From Octopus bimaculoides (lineage: Eukaryota): 48,781 nt of DNA. Of this stretch, positions 23,850 through 34,274 are shown piece by piece. The position numbers and the translations under genes were made by a program. How positions within the stretch are numbered: position 1 is the first letter of the stretch; every line of letters starts with the position of its first letter. The notes beneath the pieces are model-generated. The model was not told the origin of the DNA. It saw only the letters and a program-made list of their open reading frames with translations, and made no database searches. The stretch covers positions 55,055,791 through 55,104,571 of the forward strand of contig NC_068998.1 of assembly GCF_001194135.2 (NCBI RefSeq), given 5' to 3'.

Positions 23850-25100
23850 GTCAATTCGAATAAAACCTCACCCAGCAAATGTGCAGCCATTTTAGCTACG
23901 TTTTAGCTGCAGTTGCCGCGTGAGAATGGGCGTTTGGGTGTTGGGCATTAAATATTGCTTACGCTTAATAATCCTTAATTGCTTCTGTATTAAAAATTAA
24001 TTGTATAAAATAATATTATGTTATGTAATTTACTCTCAATCAATAAATAGTCGCTGTAAAAACGTTGGTTATTCGGTTGAAAAGAGATCTGTGAGAGGGA
24101 GGTTTTAAATCGGTAAATAATGGGTGGGGACTTTTAAAAATATATTTCTTGGGTTGGAAAGTAGAGAACATTTTCTACGAACGGAGAATATCATCATCAC
24201 CAGCATTGTTTCACACAGATACTACTCTTGAATAAGAAGAACATTTTGGGAACATGATTTTGTTTCTTATGCATTACATTCTCACAGACCTTAATGTAAG
24301 AATCAGCTTCGATACAGTTTTAGTTGGGATCGACAAAAACAGACTATTTTAAAGAATTCTTTAAGTTGTGACGTTCAGGTCTGCTGCCAAATATATTAAA
24401 AATCCTAAATAGTGTGAATTCACTTCAACCGGTCGCCAACTCGAGTACCGGGAGCTTCTTTATTAGCCACGAAGAAGACTTTTAATATGAACTTTTTAAC
24501 GGAAATATTCATTACACGAATCAAAATCAATTAATATTGGGTGACAATAAATATTATAGACTTAAAACTGCAAAATATCGATAATGTAAGATATAAGCGA
24601 GGATAAAACGAAATCTTTATACTTAGTTAAACAACAGATAAAAGCTGTTTAAAGAAATAGAAACTAGATTCGCAAATAATTTACAATAAATGAGATTTTT
24701 AAGAGAAAAACAATAATAAAGTTGAGCGGGCTGCAGTGATCGGTGTTGACCATATTTTGTCCCCCGTTACTAAAATACCGCGTCGGCGTAAATCTTTTAT
24801 GCCGTCAATACTATATACCCTTTAAAAGGAATTCAATTAACAAAAGAGAGATTAAAATTTAACCATTTCTATGATTTAGGATTTATTAAATTATTTTACC
24901 ACGAAATGGTTCATATTTTGTTTTTATATTGAATCCTGAAGCAACAGAGATAACTAAGTAAAAAACGAAGTACAGAGTCGGAAATTGTTGTGACGAGTGA
25001 GTCTGTGAGGAAGTGCCGGTCAGTTTGAAATGGTTTAATGCCGCTCACTCGCAAGATCTTCTTAAAGAAAAGATTTACAGATGAGTTCTGCTTTCTGTCC
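23850..25100. promoter_or_regulatory. CpG-retaining promoter-like region, possibly bidirectional
   Basis: Locally CpG-richer, with no microsatellites. It contains ETS-like cggaaa/aggaagtg at ~24979-25015 and the candidate minus-strand start at 23890. Confidence 0.35.
23872..23890 (-). CDS. Candidate first coding exon of an unidentified minus-strand gene (MAAHLL, phase 1)
   Basis: The minus strand reads gctaaaATGGCTGCACATTTGCTGG|gtgagg: a good Kozak/YY1-like start and a strong donor, at the edge of a CpG-retaining region. The product is not recognised. Confidence 0.35.
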
Positions 25101-25251
25101 TATAAACTCCTTCCTAAAACGTCTGTAAATCAAATATTAGTGAAATAATAATTTAAAAAATAAGTGGAAGAATATACAAAAAAAATTAAAAAATGAAGGA
25201 AAAGTTTTAGTCCCTGAAGTTAGGGTTATTGCCTCCAAAAACAATCACATT

Positions 25252-25546
25252 CATCATCATCGTTTAACGTCCGCCTTCCATGCTAGCATGGGTTGGACGA
25301 TTTGACTAAGGACTAGTGAAACCGGATGGCAACACCAGGCTCCAATCTAATTTGGCAGAGTTTCTACAGCTGGATGCCCTTCCTAACGCCAACCACTCCG
25401 AGAGTGTAGTGGGTGCTTTTACGTGTCACCCGCACGAAAACGGCCACGCTCGAAATGGTGTCTTTTATGTGCCACCTGCACAAGAGCCAGTCCAGGGGCA
25501 CTGGCAACGATCTCGCTCGAAAACCCTAGAAAGGCCAGTCAGGCGG
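25252..25546 (-). mobile_element. RTE 3' UTR fragment
   Basis: catcatcatcgtttaacgtcc...tttctacagctggatgcccttcctaacgccaaccactc; the reverse complement closely matches 48200-48368. Confidence 0.9.
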
Positions 25547-26399
25547 TATATATATATATATNNNNNNNNNNNNNNNNNNNNNNNNNNNNNNNNNNNNNNN
25601 NNNNNNNNNNNNNNNNNNNNNNNNNNNNNNNNNNNNNNNNNNNNNNNNNNNNNNNNNNNNNNNNNNNNNNNNNNNNNNNNNNNNNNNNTCTGTGCACAAT
25701 AAATAATTTCGGGGAAGTGAACAATTGTATTTGTGATGGTTCATAGATGTGTTGTAAATAGTTTTCCTTCAGTGACAAAGGACCCAGCTTGAAATATTGG
25801 CATATCTGATTTATTAATTTACCAATTTCTGGTGACTATTTTATTAAATGAAATGAAATCAGTTTGCGATTCTTATGAACAATCCTACCAAAATCCAATG
25901 TGATCGGAATATTGGTGAAGCACCAAGTCAGTAATATGTCAACAATGATACAACTAAATTGATCTCAGCCCAAATGAATTCAAAAAGTGTTGATCATTTA
26001 TCAACCTTTTACATATGAAAAGCAAAGTTGATCTTGGTAAGAATTAAACTCAGACTCTGAAGAGTCATAACTTAATAGTGCAAGACAATTTTATCCAATG
26101 TTTTAACAATTCTATCAATCCACAACCCTAGTGATGCAATAAGAGCCACTTGATGGCTTTCTTTCTTGTTGGAGGTCAAAAGACAGAAAAAGAGAGAGAG
26201 CAGTATGCACGTGTGTGTGTGTGTATTCATGCATGCATACATATTGTATATCGTTAAGATAATGACAACCAGAAACACTGCCTTGAGGTCAGTGTTTCTG
26301 CAAGTATATATAAATGGGTTTTGAATTAACTGTGGTTAAGTGTACCTGTTTAATCCCTATAATCACACCTGTAAACAACAAAAGTGGTTAAGCAATACT

Positions 26400-26995
26400 T
26401 AATCAGAAATAAATGTCTGCTGAGATATTATGTCTGCTTGATATGTAGAAAAGGTAGAGGTAGAAACTCGATAAGGTGCACCTGGTGCAAGTTATGGACA
26501 CATAAGAGGTGCAGCGGTATCAGATGGAGGTTAACAGGGAAAGTTGTGTGTGACAGTTATATAGGAACAAGGAACACGAGAATTGTACAGAAAATAGACT
26601 TTGTCAAATGCCAGGTGGGATGCTTAGAAGTAGTTAATAGCTTCTGTTGTTTAGCTGACCAAGTGAGCAGAGAAGGAGGATATTCTGAGAGCATAGCTAC
26701 TTGAATGAGAATAGGCTGAGCAAAGTTCAGAGAGCTTCTGCCTTTGTGGGTAACAAACAACTTCACCCTCAGAGTGAAAAGCAGATTGTATGATGCTTGT
26801 GTGTGAACAGCCATGCTACATGGCAGTGAAACATGGGTTGTGACTGTAGAGGCTAAGTGAAGTCTTGAAAGAAATGAAGTCAGTATGCTTTGTTGGATGA
26901 GCAATGTCTGTGTGTACATACAACAAAGTGTTAGCATCTTGAGAGGAAAATTGGGCATAAGAGGAGGCATCAGATGTGGAGGGAAAGAGAGAAAT
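26400..26995 (+). mobile_element. RTE-clade LINE fragment: end of RT with a Cys/His finger, and post-RT region
   Basis: CLICRKGRGRNSIRCTWCKLWTHKRCSG...EVVNSFCCLADQVSREGG...AKFRELLPL...LRVKSRLYDACV*TAMLHGSETW...LERNEVSMLCWM; several stops. Confidence 0.9.
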
Positions 26996-28166
26996 CTGCA
27001 CCAGCATGGTCATGGGATGCATATGGATGAAAGTGATAAAAGTGTCAACATGTAAAACTAAGTGAATAGAATAATATTGCAAAATTCCAGTTTTTTTGGG
27101 GTACTCCCTCGTATGTATGTGTGATAAAGGTACACATTCATACAAATGCATGTGTATAAACATTGAAGATGTCCACGCATTTATATGCCTCTCTTTAAAC
27201 AATATCCCACATGCAGAAAGCAGATTTTTTTCTCATGCCCATCTTTATTAATTATGGATTAACTTGATAACTCTTTGTTGAAACCACATTGACAAAATAG
27301 CGGCCTTTGTGTAGATTACTGCTGGATTACCAAGTTAAACATTTACAAACTAACAGTAAAGTTGTTTAAGTAGAATAAGTGGTGTGTTGACACCCCATTG
27401 ACACTTTTCACAAGATTAGATGAAATTCTCAGAGGCAACTAGGAATTATTATAACAGAAACGACAGCTGGGTGTTTATAGATAAATATTGCCATTTAATT
27501 TTTTTTGTAATTTATATTTTAAGTTAAATTTTTCGAAATCTTTTTATTGAAAGTCACTCTGAACAATGTGACAAACAATCAGTAATGAAACAGGCCTTAA
27601 AGCAAGCAACCCCTAAATATGTTGGGAGTTAGAAAACAAAAGGATGTGAATATAAAACATAAATGAGAAGCTTCCTTAAAAAGCATAAAACAATAAAATG
27701 ATCAACACAAGATTTAAAAGAATTAAGATTATATTTATCAGCCCCCCCAAAAAACAGAAGGAAGGAAGAGGATTCCAATAAAGCAGACGTTTGAGAAAAG
27801 AAACTGTTGAAGTAAAAATTCATTTTATAAGAAAGAGGAAATGACAACTGGATAGGAATTAGAAAGATGATTAGTAACCTTACCAGGACAGGGTAGATAA
27901 CTCCCCCCCNNNNNNNNNNTATGTATACAATTAGCTTCCACAGTTTCTGTCTCCTAAATTCACTCACAAGGCTTTGGTTGAGGTTAATGCATGTTTTTTT
28001 TAGATATGAGGAAATGAAACCACAAATATGTCTTTGACAGTCCATTTTGAGCATATGTTGGTCAATTCTAGGCAGATCTCAATAGTTTTCCTGTAGCTTT
28101 TGCTCATTTGTGGAATTGTTGCTGCAATATTTTTGCCAATAATTGCTCTCTGGTATATATTTATAT

Positions 28167-28290
28167 CTAAGGGCATCCAGCCATAGAAACCATGCCAAAT
28201 CAGACTGGAACCTGGTGCATCTCTTTGGCTTACCAGTGAAGCCATCTAATCCATGCCAGCATGGAAAGCAGATGTTAAATGATGATGATG

Positions 28291-28292
<2 letters not shown>
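28167..28292 (+). mobile_element. RTE 3' end fragment with (GAT)n tail
   Basis: gggcatccagccatagaaacc...catggaaagcagatgttaaatgatgatgatg; same family as 48230-48368. Confidence 0.85.
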
Positions 28293-28324
<32 letters not shown>

Positions 28325-28325
28325 A

Positions 28326-28745
28326 TATCATCATCTTCATCATCGTTTAATGTATGCTTTCCATGGGTTGGACGGTTTGACTGAGGACTGGCAAGCCAGG
28401 AGGCTGCACCAGGCCCCAATCTGATCTGGCAAGGTATCTACAGCTGGATGCCTTTCCTAATGCCAACCACTCCAAGCGTGTAGTGGGTGCTTTTTACGTG
28501 CTATCGGCACAGGGGCCAGTCAGGTGGCACTGGTGTCAACTATGCTCAAATGGTGCTTTTTACATGCCACCGGCACGAGTGCCAGTCAAGTGGCACTGGC
28601 ATTGGCCATTTCTACGATTTCATGACTTAACAGGTCTTCTCAAGCACAGCATATTATTCAATGATTGAAGGGTACTTTTAAACAGATCAGTTATGCAACA
28701 CTGGCATCAGCCAGGGCTACAATCTCACTTGGCTTGCCGGCTCTT
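28326..28745 (-). mobile_element. RTE LINE 3' UTR, from the last ORF2 codons to the (GAT)n tail
   Basis: Begins with (CAT)n + cgtttaa and ends ctcacttggcttgcc, the reverse complement of ggcaagccaagtgag at the ORF2 end of the 47673 copy. Confidence 0.9.
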
Positions 28746-29669
28746 GAAAATAAATGTCCAACTGTACTCCTTCTTACTCAGTAAGTAGTGTCCGTCAACA
28801 AGGTACGCTGTTCGAGCCAGTCACGCAGACAACAAAGTTATGTCATCATAATGCGGAACATATTAGTTAATCAGATAATTGTGGATCTTTTTGTAATGAG
28901 AACATTTGATTTGAGAGCGCTGAAGGAAGTTTAGGGGACTGACAGTATTTTCCAGTCAAGTTTTAAGGAGCCAGACCTTCAAGATTTCTTACATCACCAT
29001 TAAGATTTCACTTCCTCTTGCGTGAGTTTCTTCACCTATTTGTTGGTTCATAAAACAAAAACAGTACCAGTAATATGCAGGGGTCAAAACAATAAGCTAT
29101 ACTATTTTATGATTATACAAAATGGAATCATTAGTATTTAAAAATGCAATGTAAAATAGAAGCTTAGAAGTAAACCAACAAAACTATTCAAAAACATCTT
29201 CAGAAATATTATTTGTAAGAATTATAGTCTATTTATTCATTTTAGTTTATGTGCATCGAATAATCTTCTAAAAATCCAATCCATTAGACAAAGAATATAT
29301 TGTTTTATGGAAGAGCTAGAGTCGAGAATAAGTGCATTATTCAGATAACACATGGATTTTGATAAGATTTCTTGGGCATCAATTTGAGTTTTACACAATT
29401 TAGTGGAGAAAGATTATTATTATTATTATTATTAAGGAAGTATTTACTGAAAAATTGCCAACTTTGAATAGACCACATTTTAAGGGAAAATTCTCCTGAG
29501 TTAAATTTTTATTTTGTTTGTGTGAAGAAGTAAAAAAAAAGTATGTCGCCATTGCTAAATCTTGTATTGTGACAGTGAATGTTGAGAACAATCACCAATG
29601 TACCAAGGACATTTGCTGAGAGATTATTATTTAAGTTCATGATAGAATAGTAGATGGCCTTACTCAGTA

Positions 29670-29830
29670 CGGCATTGGATAAAATGTATTGTGGTGTTTC
29701 ATTACATCCTTTTATGTTCTGAGTTCAAATCTTGCCAGAACTAACTTTGCCTTTCCTCTCTCAAGTACCAGTCAACTACCAATATTGCTTAAATCAAGTA
29801 CACCCAACTCCAAAATTTGTTGTCTTATTT
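29670..29830 (+). mobile_element. Degenerate SINE family B copy
   Basis: ttctgagttcaaatcttgccagaactaactttgcctttc...aagtaccag. Further degenerate copies lie at ~35600-35730 (+) and ~25955-26060 (-). Confidence 0.65.
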
Positions 29831-30799
29831 CAATACAAGAAATGTATATGTTAATGTTTGGTGCCTAAAAGGAATATTTTGTCACTGTATCATGTGCAAA
29901 TTTTCATCTATCCATCCACCCATCTATCTTCTCCACCCACGATTCCTGGGAAGGGTATGGGGGTAGGGTCCTGAGGCACCTCCTCCACACGGTCTTGTCA
30001 CAACCATCATAAGACTTTTCAGCTGGGTTATACTTGTCACAAAGAAGAAAACTGATATTTGTTGAGATTTTTGAGAAGCAAAATATTTATTTTATTCATA
30101 AAGAAAGAAAAATTTCTGCCATCACTATGAACAACAAAACATGAATAGAGTTTGGGAGAAAATGATTCTTGGGTTGGTGTGGTTGTAGCGGCTCCTTGTA
30201 TGCTGTCACCGGTCATTCCTTGTGTTAGCTGCTGGTCATGTCTTGTAATGTCTCTTGTTCATTGCTTCTGTGTTGTCAGCTTGGATCAGCTCCTGTCTCT
30301 TGTCCATTCATTGTCTGTCTGCCATCTTTCTGTAGTAGCTAAGGTGCACTGAATATAGAGTGAGGGTTAAGCTTGGAAAGAAACGCACCAAAAGATGAAA
30401 TTGTTGTCGGATCCAGTTCCAGGCAAAGTCTTCATTGGTCAGATCTTTTCAAGGATGTGGATATTATTCGAGCTAATCACAACATTGGATATAGTGATCT
30501 GATTGCTAAATATTCCTGATACACACTAAGAACTTTTAAAAGCCAAAAGCTGGACATAGAAACAAATCCATACTTTCCTCCTCATCACCTAAATTTTGCA
30601 GTTTCCAGATTTTACCAATTTCCATGACTAAGACATGATCCCAAGATTACAAATCAGGCTCAGAGTGAATAATTTTTTCACTGATGGATTCAAATAAAGC
30701 TTCTTCATCTTGGCTTAGAAATCGTGAAGAAGAGGAAGACTCAGAGCCAAGTGTTTCTGCTTGTTATGAATGAATGAAGCAGCAAGTCAGGGAAGAAAC

Positions 30800-31030
30800 T
30801 TCTATGTGGTTAGTTGACCAGCTAGAAATGGCAGCTAGAACCTCCCAAGACATATATTCAATCATCTTATATGAAAGAAAAAATAAAACCAAAGACATTG
30901 AATAATGAGTACATGGATATACAATGCATCCTGTCTGAAATGAAAGATGGGATCGTCATGACTGGAATGCCTTTCGTCATTGGTCTGCTCAATCGAGGTT
31001 GACTTGGAGCTAAGCAACAACAACAACAAC
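30800..31030 (+). mobile_element. SINE-like repeat with (CAA)n tail (family C)
   Basis: gatgggatcgtcatgactggaatgcc...gttgacttggagctaagcaacaacaacaac. Reverse-complement copies of the 3' end lie at ~5318-5410 and ~12790-12820. Confidence 0.65.
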
Positions 31031-31195
31031 AGTTGCAACAACTATTGAACCATGAGATAGGAGTCGAATATCTTGGGCAGCATTCTATAAAGATGAATTA
31101 ATATGTTTAAAGGCATCACTTATGTTAATGAATGTCAACTAATGATGGATTCTGGTGTGGTTAATTATAGTTGTATGTTCCGAGTAGTTCATCCA

Positions 31196-31234
<39 letters not shown>

Positions 31235-32732
31235 ATGATCTCAAAAACCAAAACAACTAAAAAAACCATAAGAGTAAATGTGACTTTTGTTAACCAAATT
31301 TTTCTTTCTCTAACTCACAACAAAATATTCAAAGTAATTCCAAATCTTCATTTTAATTAATAGAAAGTTCAAATTGCTGGCATTGAGAGTCTTTTGAAGG
31401 AGTAAACAAATTGTCTGGCAGAAGCTGTTTTATAGAGACGATGATATCCATACATGGAATGCAAAAAATTAAGGGAAAAAATCTCTCTCAAAACATCTGA
31501 ATAAGCTTATAAACAAGTCGTGTGACAAATTTTTTTTCAAGACCATATCAGATACACAGTCAACATTCCTGAGCTGCAGTGAAGCATTGCATGACTTTAA
31601 ATTTGTTGGGTGTGCGATGAAGCATATATCATTTACCTATTAATTGAAAGAAATGAAAACAATTCCATATTGCTTGTTTGCTTCTTTGAGACATTTCTTA
31701 GCTGCTTCATCGCTTAAATCCTGTTTGGTTTACATTGGAGGAATAATAAAAACTAAAATGTAGGAAAGAAGTAAATTCTTGTTTACAATACACAAGGCTA
31801 AGCAATACTAACGTACTGCTCTTGTTGCAGTACCTAGTCCTATATAGTATTAGATATTGTGTAATTATATCATACAGTTATGTTGTCTATTCTTGGTACA
31901 GGCCGACATAACTTTTCTGCCCCCTTAATTTTTATCACTCCAAAGCATTATTCAAAAAACAAAAAAAAAACTAACTCTACTAAGGATTCAAACTTAGATG
32001 AGCATTATAAAATATCCAATTTAGAATTGCATCTGTTTTCCTGCAACTTCCTCTCATTGTACCAGTCACCAGTGCTGGCAAGTGATATTTCATTCCAGCA
32101 ACATCAAACAATACCATGGGGACTGTAATGTTCAGCAGGACGCCATCTTCTTCCGTACATAACTCTTATGGTGAATGGATCATTCTCATGACCTATGATA
32201 TATAAAACTGTAGACTCCATTGTCTCATTGTACACACCGAAAGCATCTGATCTGTTATTTTGTTTATGAGAAAAGGTTATCCAGTAAAAAATTTATCTTG
32301 TGAAAGATCAGAAAACTAATGGTAATGAAATAGTTTTGCTAATTCTTAGTGAGTTTGCAACACTAAATTCTAAACGCAATATTCCTTGTTCTACTATGCA
32401 CAGAGTCAGTGACATCTCATGACATGGCCATGACCAGCGGTTTGTCCAAGGGTTTCATAAGTCTATGAACCAAATGCTAATCTATGTATGCTGTGACTGT
32501 GTATGTGGAGGTCAAAATTCTTTGTCCAAGGGACCATAATGCATTCAAGACATCCCTTCATAGACTGCTGAAATATATCTTCTATTTTTTTTAACTTGCT
32601 TCAGGCATTGGACTGCAGCTATGTTGGGGTACTCTTCAAGGGTTTTGTGAAACAAATCAACGCTGGTTGTCAAATGGTAGGTGGGAGATAAACGCGCGCA
32701 CACACACACACACACACGTGTATATATACATT

Positions 32733-32848
32733 GAGCTTCCATACAGCTTCTGTTTACCAAATTTACTTCCAAGGTACTGGTCAGCCTGAGGCTATAGTAC
32801 AAGACACTTGCCCAGAGTGCCGTGTTGTGGGACCAAATATGAAACTAC
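32733..32848 (-). mobile_element. SINE family A core fragment
   Basis: cagcttctgtttaccaaattt...ggtcagcctgaggctatagtacaagacacttgccc. Confidence 0.75.
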
Positions 32849-32889
32849 ATACCTGTAAGATATGACACACTTACAGGTATCATATCGAA

Positions 32890-33310
32890 ATGCTGGAGAG
32901 ATTTCTTCAAAAGTGCCTCTGATGTATCTTGGGAGTCAAGTGGGAATGTTTCATACCAGATACACAAGTTTTGCACATGGCACCTTGTAGCTCAGTTAAA
33001 CAATATGTTATCTTGGCTCAAATGAAATGAACTGGACATGTTATTAGAATGGAAGATTAGCAATTGCCAAAGCATGTTTTTTATGGTGAGCTCAACTCTG
33101 GTAAGCAACCAGAACATAGGCCAAGGAAAAGGTATAAAGATTGTGTGAAAGAAAACCTGAAGAAACTGGATATGAACAGAAGTGATTGGGAAAATGATGT
33201 TCTGGATCAGAACAAGAGGAGAGGTGAGATTAGGACTGGTTGCAATGCCTGAGAGGAAAAGAAGATAATTCAGCACTCTGAGCTTAAAAGGGTCTGTCAC
33301 AAAGGAACAA
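32890..33310 (+). mobile_element. Second RTE lineage (BovB/RTE-1-like) ORF2 C-terminal fragment
   Basis: LERFLQKCL*CILGVKWECFIPDTQVL...GHVIRMED*QLPKHVFYGELNSGKQPEHRPRKRYKDCVKENLKK matches the LPKxxFYGELxxGxRxxGRPxKRYKD pattern of BovB-like RTEs. Confidence 0.8.
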
Positions 33311-33324
33311 TATATATATAGTCG

Positions 33325-33432
33325 ACTAAGTACCAGTTTAAAAAAGTAAGTACTGGGTTTGATTTGCTCAACTAAACCCCTCCAGGAGGTGCCCCAGCAT
33401 GGCCACAGTCTAATGCATGAAACAAATGAAAG
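33325..33432 (+). mobile_element. SINE tail type 1 fragment
   Basis: aagtactgggtttgatttgctcaactaaacccc...ggtgccccagcatggccacagtc. Other copies lie at 1763-1852 (-), 12824-12915 (-), 33955-34055 (-) and 35962-36042 (+). Confidence 0.8.
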
Positions 33433-33819
33433 GTAAAATGTAAATAAATATCTTGGCTGTTTTATGAATGCGTTGAATTTAAGGATATTTTTCTTGTAAT
33501 TTCGTTTCCTAAATAAATATAAAAGGACCAGAGTTTTGCTAATCATTGTTCATTTGAAATGTCTTTGCAAATTTCGATTATGAAAGATTTGAAAGCTGAT
33601 TTATAAGTATTACATTAAACTCCTGCGTAAGGTATACAACTCACCTTCTTTCAGCTTGACTGGTTAAAAACAAATTCCAGTTCTTTAATTAACAGGTGAA
33701 AGGCATTCAGCAGCAACATCTCAGCTCTAACACCTTTTGTTTCAATAAAATACTAATAGCTGAATAGTGAAGATTATAGCCATTATGACAGAGAATAAAA
33801 CATATTAAGCACAATGTTA

Positions 33820-33950
33820 AGACGGGCATTCAGCTGTAGAAACCGTGCCAAAGCTGTCTGTAGAGTGTGGCACAGCCTTCTCATGTGTCAACTCCTGACA
33901 AATCAGCCAGCCTATGAAGAGAGGACATTAAATGAGGATGATGATGATAT
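33820..33950 (+). mobile_element. Degenerate RTE-type 3' end with (GAT)n tail
   Basis: gggcattcagctgtagaaacc...ggacattaaatgaggatgatgatgat. Confidence 0.7.
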
Positions 33951-34243
33951 ATATATTCCTTCAGTCTTTGGATGGTGGCCATGCTGGGGCACTACTTTGA
34001 AGGGTTTCAGTGGAATGAATAAGCTTCAGGGCTTATTTTTCTTTTAACCCTAGCACTCATTCTGTCGTTCTCCTTTGTTCTTTTAGTCTCCCTGTCAACG
34101 GCTTTCTTGCAATGGCGTACACCAGTAGGACAGGATTAAGACGTTCTCTCCTTCCACACCAGTAGCTACGTCTATGATATATTCTATATTTTGAGTGTAT
34201 GTATATGTGTGTATGCATGCATATATATACATGCATGTATATA

Positions 34244-34274
<31 letters not shown>

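Noticed and set aside
30380-30800. Protein-like fragments on both strands (e.g. LHWSDLFKDVDIIRANHNIGYSDLIAKYS)
   Set aside because: About 50 aa, bounded by stops, with no convincing splice sites and no recognised family.
32000-32200. Minus-strand frame GHENDPFTIRVMYGRRWRPAEHYSPHGIV*CCWNE with an in-frame TGA, considered as a selenocysteine codon
   Set aside because: No resemblance to a selenoprotein family that I know, no SECIS identified, and the other frames also contain stops.
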